From positions 522,756-586,755 of the forward strand of contig CAVQEH010000002.1 of assembly GCA_963711455.1 (NCBI GenBank): DNA of 64,000 nt, in the 5' to 3' direction. The notes under the pieces were generated by a model that was not told the origin of the DNA, made no database searches, and saw only the letters and a program-made list of their open reading frames with translations. This DNA is from an uncultured Ignavibacteria bacterium (GTDB taxonomy: Bacteria; Bacteroidota; Ignavibacteria; Ignavibacteriales; Ignavibacteriaceae). Each line of letters starts with the position of its first letter. The stretch's first letter is position 1. This document shows, piece after piece, positions 1-9,093 of the stretch. Made by a program: the position numbers and the translations under genes.

Positions 1-2
1 CT

Positions 3-278
3 GAAAGAACATTAGGGCTTGCTCAAAAAAATAAGTTCACTTTTAATCAGTTAAGAATAAGAAACCAGAAAACAAGATGGGGAAGCTGCTCGACATCAGG
101 GAATATTTCTCTTAATTACAGATTAATGAAATACAGGAAAGAGGTTATTGATTATGTTATCGCTCATGAACTTTGTCATTTAAATGAGATGAACCATTCT
201 AAAAAATTCTGGAAACTTGTTGAAAGGATTATCCCGGATTATAAACTATTAAAAAAGGAATTGAAGTCTGTTCTTTAG
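3..278 (+). CDS. C-terminal fragment of a YgjP/DUF45-type (M48-like) zinc metallohydrolase; 5' end lies outside the window
   Basis: Frame 3 is open from the window edge to TAG at 276-278. The translation ...RNQKTRWGSCSTSGNISLNYRLMKY...VIAHELCHLNEMNHSKKFW carries the HExxH motif and WGSC segment typical of this family. Confidence 0.75.
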   Translation, partial: ERTLGLAQKNKFTFNQLRIRNQKTRWGSCSTSGNISLNYRLMKYRKEVIDYVIAHELCHLNEMNHSKKFWKLVERIIPDYKLLKKELKSVL

Positions 279-1756
279 CTGAAAATTTCAGTGTCAAATA
301 AAGTGCCCATGCCAAGAATAAGATTCAGATCCAGTATTTTTTTTATCTCTGCCATCTTTCTTATATTTTCTTCGCCATACATCATCTTTAAATATTCTGT
401 TTTCAACTTACCAATTCCGTGCTCGGCGGAGATAGTTCCTTTTAAATGAACGGCTTTTTCACAAATCTGCCGGTAGATTTCCTTTCCTTTTTTATATTCT
501 TCTTCATTGTCAGGAAGCATATTTAAATGAAGATGTGAATTTCCGAAATGTCCGTAAGCTATAAATTTTAATCCTGAATCATTGACGATCTTTTTACATT
601 CTTTATAGAAGTCTCTAAAATATTCATCGGGTACAGCCACATCGGTTCCAAGTTTACGGACGTTTTTTTTTGCGATATATTCATTTGCTTTTGCGGAAGC
701 CGAATGACGGAACTCTTCCAGTTTCTTCTTGTCTTTGATTGAAAAGGCAAACCAAGCTGTTTCGGTATTGCCGTTGTGTTTTGCAATTAATGCTGCCCAA
801 TCATTAAATAATTTCTCGTCGGTCTTTTCGGTTGTTTCCTGTTCAAACCAGACTGATGCCCTTGCACCCCCAGGAATTTGCGGGTAATCCTCCCTCAAGA
901 AATTAAGACAGTTTTCATCCATAAATTCCAATGCAAGCGCATCAATGGAATCAGATTTTTGCAGTCTTGTTTTAAATGAAATTTCTCTTGCTTTGTAGAT
1001 GAAAGAGATTGCATCATCTTCCGAATTAAAAAAAATTACTGAAGACAATATATTTTCAGGCATATCTACAAGCTTAAGCTTAATTATTGTAACAAAACCA
1101 AGTGTTCCTTCTGAACCGATGAAAAGATCTACTGCATCCATATCTTTTTTTATATAATAGCCTGATGCATTCTTAACCTGTGGCGTTATTATATCGGGAA
1201 TTTTCAGTTCAAATTTTTTATCTGAGTCCGTTAGTAGTTCAAGATTAAATCCCTTTGCTTTCTGTGCTCCTCTTTTCAATGTGATCTTTTCTCCATCGGC
1301 AAGGACTAATTGCAGCTCTTCCACAAAATTTCTTGTTGGTCCATATTTAAAAGTCTTTTCACCTGAAGCATTAGTTGCAACTGTTCCGCCGATAAAACAA
1401 TTCCATTCCGTAGGATCGGGAGGATAAAGCAAGTTTTGTTCATTTACTTCTTTCTGAAGGTTATCAAGTATTACCCCTGGTTCGACGATTACATATTTTT
1501 CAACTTTATTTATTTCAATTATTCTGTTCAGCTTCTCTGTTGAAATTAATATGCCGCTCATCGGAACGCGCGCACCTGTTAATCCGGTTCCATTTCCTGA
1601 AATTGTTACAGGAGTTTTATCTTTATTAGCCTTTTTTAAAATATCAGGAATTTCATCTATTGATTCAGGAATATACACTGCATCGCACCTGCCTTTGTAG
1701 TTTGAAGCATCACTTAAATAATTTTCTATTTCATCCGGTGAGGTTTTAATTATCAT
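275..1756 (-). CDS. FAD-binding oxidoreductase, GlcD / D-lactate dehydrogenase family
   Basis: 493-aa ORF. It has an N-terminal FAD-binding PCMH-type segment (TPVTISGNGTGLTGARVP, GGTVATNASGEK) and a C-terminal FAD-oxidase segment (HFGNSHLHLN, SAEHGIGKLK). Confidence 0.85.
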   Translation of the reverse strand: MIIKTSPDEIENYLSDASNYKGRCDAVYIPESIDEIPDILKKANKDKTPVTISGNGTGLTGARVPMSGILISTEKLNRIIEINKVEKYVIVEPGVILDNLQKEVNEQNLLYPPDPTEWNCFIGGTVATNASGEKTFKYGPTRNFVEELQLVLADGEKITLKRGAQKAKGFNLELLTDSDKKFELKIPDIITPQVKNASGYYIKKDMDAVDLFIGSEGTLGFVTIIKLKLVDMPENILSSVIFFNSEDDAISFIYKAREISFKTRLQKSDSIDALALEFMDENCLNFLREDYPQIPGGARASVWFEQETTEKTDEKLFNDWAALIAKHNGNTETAWFAFSIKDKKKLEEFRHSASAKANEYIAKKNVRKLGTDVAVPDEYFRDFYKECKKIVNDSGLKFIAYGHFGNSHLHLNMLPDNEEEYKKGKEIYRQICEKAVHLKGTISAEHGIGKLKTEYLKMMYGEENIRKMAEIKKILDLNLILGMGTLFDTEIFS

Positions 1757-1774
1757 TTTATCATTTATATTTGT

Positions 1775-3103
1775 TCAGGAATAAACTCTTAATATTTCAA
1801 GATAATCTTTTCTAACATTTAACGCAGGCAGCTTGCTTTTATCTCTGTCAGGAATCCAGGGAAAATTCATATAACTAAACATTTCATCAAGAGCGTCAAA
1901 CATATTAATTTCGGGAAATCCATTATCTCTTAAATGATGAATGAGCTTTAAAGTTAAGAACCCATCAAACCAGCGATTTTTCTGTACCTTCAATTGTTCA
2001 TCAGTTTTTGAATTCTTTAATATATTTATCATATCATCTTCAAAATTCTGGAAGTAGAGGTAACGTAACAGCTCAGGATGGATATTTTTTGCACCATTCA
2101 AATAAAAATCAATTTCCGTTTTCCCTTGTGAATTTAAAACTTCAAGCCAGTTTTTTAAAATCCGGAAAGATTCAGGGCTATAAAGGGTGTATTCATTTTG
2201 TATCCCCGTAAGAAAACGGGTTACTCTTTGTCCGGTTCCAAAAGGAACCCGCCAGGATCCCCTCTTAGAAGGATAAACAGTAGTTGTTTTAATAGTATCA
2301 ACGCTGGCATTCTTTGCAAGTTTTTCGAGAAAATAAAAATCTTCTGCGGCTTTTCGTTTATTCATGCCTTCGACCTTAATGTAACTTTCATAATCACAAA
2401 CCATTGTCGAACCGATTGTATGAAAGCTGTATGGTGACCGCGCAAATTTTAAACCGAGGACATAATATCTTAAAAATATTTCGTAGCATAACACTGCTTC
2501 CGTAAGGATATCATTCCCTGAGATATCGTGCTTAAAATTAACAACGGCTGCATTAAGGTTGTCTTTATTAAACCGGCTTATTACTTCTGTTAAATAATTT
2601 GGTTCAAAGGTACAGTCAGCATCTGTGGAAAGTATTAATTTTTTTCCCGGCGCGTTGAAATCAAGAATATTCAGAGAGATATCCATTCCTATTTTTCTTG
2701 CTAATCCGACACCTCCATCTTTTTTAGAAACTATTTTTCTTGGAGAGGCAGCATCGACTATACCAATATTAATATCCTTTTCAAGTATTTCTTTACTGAG
2801 AGCATCTTCAGGATTACCACTTACGAGGTTTCTTAAATAAATTAATGTCTGCTGATTATCAAGTTTAATTTCGTCGCTCGATAAATCCATATTATTAATT
2901 ACGAAGATAAGCATAGTCGAATCGAAGTACTTCGGGTCTAAACGAGCAAAGGAATTTAGAAATAATTTTAAGTTATCGAATTCAGCAATAGCAGGAACTA
3001 CAACAGTTGCGGTAATTCCCGAAACAAGAGAAGTTTCAAGATTCCAGTAACTTAATCCGTATTTTTCCAGGTAATCATCGACTATTTTAGGAACATTATA
3101 CAT
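1775..3103 (-). CDS. Glycosyltransferase family 2-like protein
   Basis: 442-aa ORF with an N-terminal Rossmann-like strand (ATVVVPAIAEFDNL) and a DxD-like STDADC motif. Its ATG overlaps the miaA stop by 8 nt (ATGTATAA). The family call is from motif resemblance only. Confidence 0.55.
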   Translation of the reverse strand: MYNVPKIVDDYLEKYGLSYWNLETSLVSGITATVVVPAIAEFDNLKLFLNSFARLDPKYFDSTMLIFVINNMDLSSDEIKLDNQQTLIYLRNLVSGNPEDALSKEILEKDINIGIVDAASPRKIVSKKDGGVGLARKIGMDISLNILDFNAPGKKLILSTDADCTFEPNYLTEVISRFNKDNLNAAVVNFKHDISGNDILTEAVLCYEIFLRYYVLGLKFARSPYSFHTIGSTMVCDYESYIKVEGMNKRKAAEDFYFLEKLAKNASVDTIKTTTVYPSKRGSWRVPFGTGQRVTRFLTGIQNEYTLYSPESFRILKNWLEVLNSQGKTEIDFYLNGAKNIHPELLRYLYFQNFEDDMINILKNSKTDEQLKVQKNRWFDGFLTLKLIHHLRDNGFPEINMFDALDEMFSYMNFPWIPDRDKSKLPALNVRKDYLEILRVYS

Positions 3104-4019
3104 TTATATTTTCCAGCAATAATTGTTTTGCTTTATCAAAGTCAGGTGATTCAATCCAATGGATTTTCATTCCTTCGCGTTCCATTTTCCGAAACCAGGT
3201 CATTTGTCTTTTAGCAAAATCGTGGATAGCACTATTTAGTTTTTGGAACATATCGTTATAATTTAATTCACCTTTTAGATAAAAGCTTATATATCTGTAT
3301 TCCAGCCCAAAGAAATTTAATTTTTCAAATGATAACCCTGAATCAATCAGGTTTTTAACTTCCTCAATCATTCCATTATTTAATCTGTATCTTAATCTTT
3401 CTGTAATTCTTTTTTTTATTATGTCTCTTTCCGGTTTAATTCCGATTATAAAAGAAGTTATATCAGGAGTATATTCAGGTGATCGGGAACCGGATTCAGA
3501 AACAAGTATTGCTTTAATCATTCTATCCCTATCAATGAGATCTGTTGTGTTATGAGTACCGGTTTCTTTTGAGAGTAAAATTCTTTTTAATTCTCCCGAT
3601 TCAAGTTTTTGTAATTCCTTTGCGCGTGCAGAAGAGAAATCAACTTCCTTTAATTTATAATTTTGAAGAATTGCACTCAGGTATAATCCGGTTCCGCCCA
3701 CAAGAAAGGGAAGCTTTTTTTTTTCAAGAATTAAATTAAATGCCGCATAGAATCTTTTTCTGAATTCAAAAAGATTAAATTCTTCCCGGGGATCAACAAT
3801 ATCAATTAAATGGTACTTTATATGAGACTCACCAACAGTATAATCCTGAAGATCTTTACCTGTTCCTATATTCATTCCTTTATAAACCTGGCGGGAATCG
3901 GCAGAAATTATTTCTCCGTTAAATTGATTGGCTAACTCTGCAGCAAGTTTTGTTTTTCCTGTAGCAGTTGCTCCAAGTACAGTAATAAGATTGAATAACA
4001 TCAGGGCAATATTATTCAA
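3096..4019 (-). CDS. miaA: tRNA dimethylallyltransferase
   Basis: P-loop GATATGKT followed by SADSRQVYKGMNIGTGK, the hallmark MiaA N-terminus. The listed start codon is TTG; an in-frame ATG at 4001 is an alternative start. Confidence 0.92.
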   Translation of the reverse strand: MNNIALMLFNLITVLGATATGKTKLAAELANQFNGEIISADSRQVYKGMNIGTGKDLQDYTVGESHIKYHLIDIVDPREEFNLFEFRKRFYAAFNLILEKKKLPFLVGGTGLYLSAILQNYKLKEVDFSSARAKELQKLESGELKRILLSKETGTHNTTDLIDRDRMIKAILVSESGSRSPEYTPDITSFIIGIKPERDIIKKRITERLRYRLNNGMIEEVKNLIDSGLSFEKLNFFGLEYRYISFYLKGELNYNDMFQKLNSAIHDFAKRQMTWFRKMEREGMKIHWIESPDFDKAKQLLLENINV

Positions 4020-6564
4020 ATGATGGAAGAGAAATAATAAATGTAGCTCCCTCCCCGGGTTTGCTTTCTACAGTTAATTCTCCGCCGTGATCTCTTATAA
4101 TTTTTTGAGCTAGCGCTAAGCCTAAACCCGAACTGTTTTCCTTGTTAAAAGATTTGAAAGGCTGAAAGATCTGTGTTTTTATTTCATCTGCAATTCCCGG
4201 ACCGGTGTCACGAAATTCAATATTAATTAAATCGCCGGTTTGCCGGGCTGTTATATAGATGTTACCGCTTTCACCCATTGCATCGCAGGCATTTTTAGCT
4301 ATCTGAAGACAAGCTTGGTAGAAGGCTTTTTTATCAACTTTAATTTTGATTGCTCCTTCTACCTTTTTATACAACGTTACATTTCTTGATTCAACGTATT
4401 CGGCAAGCAGGCCAAGAGTGTTGTCAATTACTTCTTTCAAATCAGTTCCTTCTATCTGTAATGCATTTATGTCCTCAGTAAATGCCAGAGATGAATAAAG
4501 AAAATTCACCACTGAATCTGCCTGGTCCATAAGAACGTTTAATACGGTTTTAACATCGGCAGGAACATTCTTCTTTTTGATTTGTGCCGCATAATATTTC
4601 ATGGTTAAAACCGGTGTTTGAATATTTTCAGTTACAAACTTTGTAAGTGTTGAAAGATGAATATTTTTATTTTCCTCAATCAGCTTCCTGATATTTGCAA
4701 GATTTTGTAAAGTCTGTGAAATATGAGGAACCAGTGAAGCCATAGTTTCTTCATCGGAAATAAGGAACTTTCCCGAGCTGCTGTTTGCCATGCAAATAAC
4801 TGCGATGGCTTCTCTATCATCATTTAATACAGGTACGCAAAGAAGACTTGAACCAACTATTCCACGGATACTATCTACATCTTCGGAGAACCTGAAATCT
4901 TTGATCGGGTCTCTGACATTTATTATTTCACCAGTTTCTGCGGCTAACCCTGTTAATCCATTCCCAAGCGGATAACTGACTTCAATAACACCGTCTTCAG
5001 TCTCCATTTCAGTAATAAGCAGGTTTTTAACATTATCTATAAGGTACAATACACCTGCCTGGGCTTCTGTAAGCATTACAGTTTCACGAATAATATTTGA
5101 ATGAACAATTTGTTCATTTAAGCTGGAATTTATTTTGGAAATTGCCCCAAGAATTTTACTCGTGTTCAGTTCAGTATCATCATATTTTAATTTTTCTTCT
5201 TCAGCTTCAATCTTTTCTTTTTCTTCTTCCGATATTTCCTGTGAAGCTTCTATTTCAGTTTGATTTGTAGTTAAATTTAACCAGGTAGTCTCTTCGTTAT
5301 TTTCTTGTTCTTCAATGGATGTTTCAGCAGATATTTTTGTTGATGGATCGGAAACATCTTTTTTCTCCTCACTGTTCTCTTCAATTTTATCCGGTTCGTT
5401 CCTCACAATATCCGCAGTTTCATTTTCGACAGGTATCGTTGCTTCATCCGCTATCTTTTCATCCGAATGAATTTCTTCTGCCCGACTGATTTCTTCATTT
5501 AAATCATTTACCTGTGTTTCTTCCGTAAGAGTAATTTCTTCTATAGTCTCTTTTTCTTTTTCGTTGGCGAGGATGTTACCCTGCTCTTCCTGTGGTCCAT
5601 CAGGTTCTGTATTAAACCCCGAAATTGTTAAGTTATCTGGTTCACTAACCTGTAAAGGCTCATCCTTTACTTTTGATGTTTCTTCTTCAACATCCTCATT
5701 TACTTTTTTATCCGGTTCAGTTTTTTCTTCTTCAACTATTTCATCAGCAGGTTCCTCTGTTCTGGTCTCCGGATAATTTTCTTCATTTAGATCATTTACC
5801 GGAGTTTCTTCCGGGGGAGTAATTTCTTCTACAGTTTCTTCTTTTGTTTCTTGGACTGCGACCTCAACATGTTCCTGTGGTTCGGCAGGTTCTGTTTTAA
5901 TTTCCGGAGTTATTAAATCATCTGATTTATTTACCTGCAGAGTTTCATCATTTACTACCGATGTTTCTTCTTCGATAACTTCATTTACTTTATGATCCGG
6001 TTCAATTTTTTCTACTTCAAATATTTCATCAGCGGGTTCGTCTGTCTTTTCAGCAGTTTCAGAAGACCCGGTTTCCGGTATATTTTCGGTTTGAGAATCA
6101 ATATAAATTTTATCGGTATCTTTTTTCAGAAGATCGGGATGAATAGTGATATGAAGTTCCGGAATATCAACTTTATTGTATGCAATGATATTATCATTAA
6201 TTATGGGAATTTCAGCAAGAAAAGTTCGCAAATCACTTTTAGATAAAAAATAAAGTATGCAATCGGTATTTGCAACAGCAGCAGAACGGCGGTAAGTATC
6301 TTCCAGTACCTCGATATCACCGAAAAAATCTTTTTCAGTTTTATTCAGTTTTACAGATTTGTTCTCTATATAGACTTTTATTTTAACTTTTCCCGCAAGA
6401 ATAAGATATGCACATTTGCTCTCGTCCCCTCTCTGGAAAATAATTTCCCCTTCCTTCTTTTTTAATATTTGTTCATTGTTGAAGGAAAATTTCAATTCCC
6501 GGGGAGGGATTCCATCGAACAATTTATTATTTTTGATGACTTCTTGAAAATTGTTTTCGGACAT
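4012..6564 (-). CDS. Cytoplasmic multidomain sensor kinase-like protein: cNMP-binding domain, ~320-aa acidic low-complexity linker, GAF domain, DHp-like helix, HATPase_c
   Basis: No TM segments. The N-terminus resembles a cyclic-nucleotide-binding domain (LFDGIPPRELK...FGDIEVL...RSAAVAN). The GAF-like region is around aa 480-625. The ATPase boxes are intact (N box QIAKNACDAM, G1 DTGPGI, F IFQPFKSF, G2 GLGLALAQKII). Confidence 0.85.
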   Translation of the reverse strand: MSENNFQEVIKNNKLFDGIPPRELKFSFNNEQILKKKEGEIIFQRGDESKCAYLILAGKVKIKVYIENKSVKLNKTEKDFFGDIEVLEDTYRRSAAVANTDCILYFLSKSDLRTFLAEIPIINDNIIAYNKVDIPELHITIHPDLLKKDTDKIYIDSQTENIPETGSSETAEKTDEPADEIFEVEKIEPDHKVNEVIEEETSVVNDETLQVNKSDDLITPEIKTEPAEPQEHVEVAVQETKEETVEEITPPEETPVNDLNEENYPETRTEEPADEIVEEEKTEPDKKVNEDVEEETSKVKDEPLQVSEPDNLTISGFNTEPDGPQEEQGNILANEKEKETIEEITLTEETQVNDLNEEISRAEEIHSDEKIADEATIPVENETADIVRNEPDKIEENSEEKKDVSDPSTKISAETSIEEQENNEETTWLNLTTNQTEIEASQEISEEEKEKIEAEEEKLKYDDTELNTSKILGAISKINSSLNEQIVHSNIIRETVMLTEAQAGVLYLIDNVKNLLITEMETEDGVIEVSYPLGNGLTGLAAETGEIINVRDPIKDFRFSEDVDSIRGIVGSSLLCVPVLNDDREAIAVICMANSSSGKFLISDEETMASLVPHISQTLQNLANIRKLIEENKNIHLSTLTKFVTENIQTPVLTMKYYAAQIKKKNVPADVKTVLNVLMDQADSVVNFLYSSLAFTEDINALQIEGTDLKEVIDNTLGLLAEYVESRNVTLYKKVEGAIKIKVDKKAFYQACLQIAKNACDAMGESGNIYITARQTGDLINIEFRDTGPGIADEIKTQIFQPFKSFNKENSSGLGLALAQKIIRDHGGELTVESKPGEGATFIISLPSFE
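5491..6045 (-). repeat. In-frame tandem duplication (two units of about 285 nt / 95 aa) inside the acidic linker of the 4012-6564 kinase
   Basis: Unit 1 (aa 174-262) is TDEPADEIFEVEKIEPDHKVNEVIEEETSVVNDETLQV...ETVEEITPPEETPVNDLNEE. Unit 2 (aa 269-358) is TEEPADEIVEEEKTEPDKKVNEDVEEETSKVKDEPLQV...ETIEEITLTEETQVNDLNEE. Confidence 0.85.
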
Positions 6565-6613
6565 AAATTAATTACTCTTGTTCTATCCCTGGTTTAAAAC
6601 AACTGTAATAATA

Positions 6614-7225
6614 ATGAATTTCAAAGAAATAGAAAACGGAATAACACATATTTATAATAATGATCCTTCACTTGCAAGGATAATTAATATTTCTTCTCCC
6701 TGCAATCTGAAGCCTAAAAGGAAACATTACCTTACATTTCTAAGATCTATTATTAACCAGCAGCTTTCTTCCAAATCGGCTTCGGCTATTTATAAAAGAT
6801 TGCTTGCCTATTACAATAACAATCCTTTACCTGAGAAAATAATCCAAACTCCCGGAAAAGACATTAGAAAATTAGGAATATCTAACCCTAAAATAAAATA
6901 TATACAAGATTTTTCCGAAAAAATTATTAACGGTGAAATCCATTTCAGAGGGTTGAGCAAAAAATCAGATTCTGAAATAATTGAAGAATTCACCAAAGTT
7001 AAAGGAATAGGCGAGTGGACTGTCCAGATGTTTCTGATCTTTAATCTTTGCCGCCTGAATGTTTTGCCCGTCAATGACCAGGGAATAAAACGCGGAGCGA
7101 TGATTACTTATGGTTTAAAAAAGCTGCCGGACGCAAAAAAATTAATGCAGTTGTCTAAAAAATATAATTGGGCACCATATAACAGCATTGCCAGCTGGTA
7201 CTTATGGTCGGCATTGGAACTCTGA
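6614..7225 (+). CDS. DNA-3-methyladenine glycosylase II-like (HhH-GPD superfamily) base-excision repair protein
   Basis: HhH-GPD signature region VKGIGEWTVQMFLIFNLCRLNVLPVNDQGIKRG. I prefer the ATG at 6614 (MNFKEIENG) over the TTG at 6578 in the ORF track. Confidence 0.8.
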   Translation: MNFKEIENGITHIYNNDPSLARIINISSPCNLKPKRKHYLTFLRSIINQQLSSKSASAIYKRLLAYYNNNPLPEKIIQTPGKDIRKLGISNPKIKYIQDFSEKIINGEIHFRGLSKKSDSEIIEEFTKVKGIGEWTVQMFLIFNLCRLNVLPVNDQGIKRGAMITYGLKKLPDAKKLMQLSKKYNWAPYNSIASWYLWSALEL

Positions 7226-7274
7226 TTATTTTTCAACAATATGAAACCACAAATACTGAAATGCATCTTACATT

Positions 7275-7835
7275 ATGGATGAAATAAAATTAATTGAAGA
7301 AGCTAAAAAGGGAAATAGAAAAGCTCTTGCAGAAATAGTTAAAAAATACGAGCAGACTATTTACAATTTTTCTTTTAAAATTTGCCGGGATCCTGAAAAA
7401 GCTGAAAATATAATGCAGGAAACCTTTTACAGCATGGTAAAATCTATCAATCAGTTTGATGGAAATTCAAAACTTTCTACCTGGCTGTACAGAATAGTTG
7501 CCAATCATTGTTTAATGCAGGCAAGAAAACAAAAAGGCAGGAACTATATCTCTCTTGAAAATGATGAAGACCTTTACACTGAAAAAAATATTGCTGACTG
7601 GACTACACTGCCGTATAAAAGCACTGAAAATAAGGAACTGAGAGAAATACTTGATGATGCAATACAAAAGCTTTCACCGGATTACAGGATAATATTTTTA
7701 CTTCGGGATGTTGAAGGCTTATCAACAGAAGAAACAGCCGAAGCCGCAAACATATCTGTTCCGGCGGTAAAATCCAGGCTTCACCGTGCAAGAGCATTTT
7801 TAAGAAAAGAAATTGATGAGGCGTTCAGAAAATGA
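7275..7835 (+). CDS. ECF-type RNA polymerase sigma factor
   Basis: Sigma-70 region 2 (STWLYRIVANHC) and region 4 HTH (LSTEETAEAANISVPAVKSRLHRAR). There is a 4-nt ATGA overlap with the downstream anti-sigma gene. Confidence 0.9.
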   Translation: MDEIKLIEEAKKGNRKALAEIVKKYEQTIYNFSFKICRDPEKAENIMQETFYSMVKSINQFDGNSKLSTWLYRIVANHCLMQARKQKGRNYISLENDEDLYTEKNIADWTTLPYKSTENKELREILDDAIQKLSPDYRIIFLLRDVEGLSTEETAEAANISVPAVKSRLHRARAFLRKEIDEAFRK

Positions 7836-8077
7836 AAAAAGAAATAAAAGTTACCTGTCTTGACGTAATGAGTCACATTTGTGACAGCTTAGGTGAGGAT
7901 CTGAATTCCGACAGATGTAAGGATATTAAATCCCATCTTGAACAATGCCCTGATTGTACCAATTATTATAAATCTGTAAATATGACAATAGATTATTATA
8001 AAAAATATAATGTTGATTTACCGGAAGATGCGCACAACCGCTTAATGTCGTTTCTTGATCTCGATAAAGATGAATAA
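7832..8077 (+). CDS. Soluble zinc-binding (ZAS) anti-sigma factor, RsrA-like
   Basis: 81 aa with no TM segment. It has the HxxxCxxC motif (H35-LEQ-C39-PD-C42) plus an upstream C9. It is translationally coupled to the ECF sigma gene. Confidence 0.8.
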   Translation: MKKEIKVTCLDVMSHICDSLGEDLNSDRCKDIKSHLEQCPDCTNYYKSVNMTIDYYKKYNVDLPEDAHNRLMSFLDLDKDE

Positions 8078-8148
8078 GTATGATGCAGGATACATTTTAA
8101 GTAAAATAACTTTTCAAAATTCAATTCATAAAATTTCAACAAAAAATT

Positions 8149-8586
8149 ATGGAAGATATTCATCACTATAAAATTAATGTTAAATGGGATGAAGGCAGAA
8201 CCGGTACTTTGTCTTCGGATTCTTTCGCTCATATAAAGGTTGCAACACCTCCTGAATTCCCTAAAGGTGTAGCTGGCATTTGGTCGCCGGAACATTTATT
8301 TGTTTCTTCTGTTGCCATTTGTTTAATGACCACTTTTTTAGCAATTGCAGAAAATTCTTCATTGCCTTTTAGCTCCTTCAGTTGTGAAGCAGACGGAAAG
8401 CTGGAAAGAGTAGAAGGTAAATTTATGATATCTGAAATTGAGCTCAGACCCGAAGTTAAGGTTAAGGAAGAAAAATATATTGAAAAGGCCGAACGAATAA
8501 TTGAAAAATCGGAAAACGCCTGTCTTATTTCTAATTCGGTTAAAACAAAAATTATATTAAAGCCGTCTATTTTGGTGAATGCATAA
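8149..8586 (+). CDS. OsmC/Ohr family peroxiredoxin-like protein
   Basis: 145 aa. Size and pattern fit OsmC-like proteins: (W)SPEHLFVSSVAICLMTTF with the first Cys, and C-terminal SENACLISNSV with the second Cys. Confidence 0.78.
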   Translation: MEDIHHYKINVKWDEGRTGTLSSDSFAHIKVATPPEFPKGVAGIWSPEHLFVSSVAICLMTTFLAIAENSSLPFSSFSCEADGKLERVEGKFMISEIELRPEVKVKEEKYIEKAERIIEKSENACLISNSVKTKIILKPSILVNA

Positions 8587-8632
8587 ATAAAAATTATTGA
8601 GTAAACTTATTATATAAAATTCAGGAGCTGGT

Positions 8633-9016
8633 ATGAAAAGACTAATTGGTTTTTTTATTGTTGCATTGTTTTTATCAAATTTTGTGGCTTGTGCACAAAC
8701 AACTGCCCCGGTAAAAAGTATTACAGTGAAGGAGTTGAAACAACAAATTAAAAATGATTCCAGCCTGGTAATCCTTGATGTAAGAACCCCGGCTGAATTA
8801 ACAGGTCCGTTAGGAGAAATTAATGGCGTGATAAATATTCCTGTTCAGGAGCTTGATAAAAGAGTAGATGAATTAAATAAGTACAAGAACCAGGAAATTG
8901 CAGTAATATGCCGTACTGGGCACCGTTCAAGTATCGGCACAAAAATTTTGTTAAAACACGGATTTACAAAAGTTGAAAATGTTGAAGGCGGGATGACCGC
9001 TTATCGTGAGAAGTAA
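8633..9016 (+). CDS. Exported single-domain rhodanese (sulfurtransferase) protein, probable lipoprotein
   Basis: Signal peptide with a lipobox-like FVAC. Rhodanese fold pattern (LVILDVRTPAE) and active-site loop CRTGHRS. Confidence 0.85.
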   Translation: MKRLIGFFIVALFLSNFVACAQTTAPVKSITVKELKQQIKNDSSLVILDVRTPAELTGPLGEINGVINIPVQELDKRVDELNKYKNQEIAVICRTGHRSSIGTKILLKHGFTKVENVEGGMTAYREK

Positions 9017-9031
9017 TATAAAAGATATATG

Positions 9032-9072
9032 AGAGTTGTCATCTTAAAATGAAAAATAAAGATGGCAACTCT
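9032..9072. terminator. Hairpin between convergent genes (possible bidirectional terminator)
   Basis: A 14-bp stem AGAGTTGTCATCTT / AAGATGGCAACTCT (one G-T pair) with a 13-nt loop, lying between the stops at 9016 (+) and 9094 (-). The flanking U-tracts are weak. Confidence 0.45.
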
Positions 9073-9093
9073 TTACAAAAAAACTTCATAAAA

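Noticed and set aside
6578-6613. TTG start extending the AlkA-like glycosylase by 12 residues
   Set aside because: The extension (MFYPWFKTTVII) starts only 14 nt from the divergent kinase gene's start codon and adds nothing resembling the family. ATG 6614 is the more conventional start.
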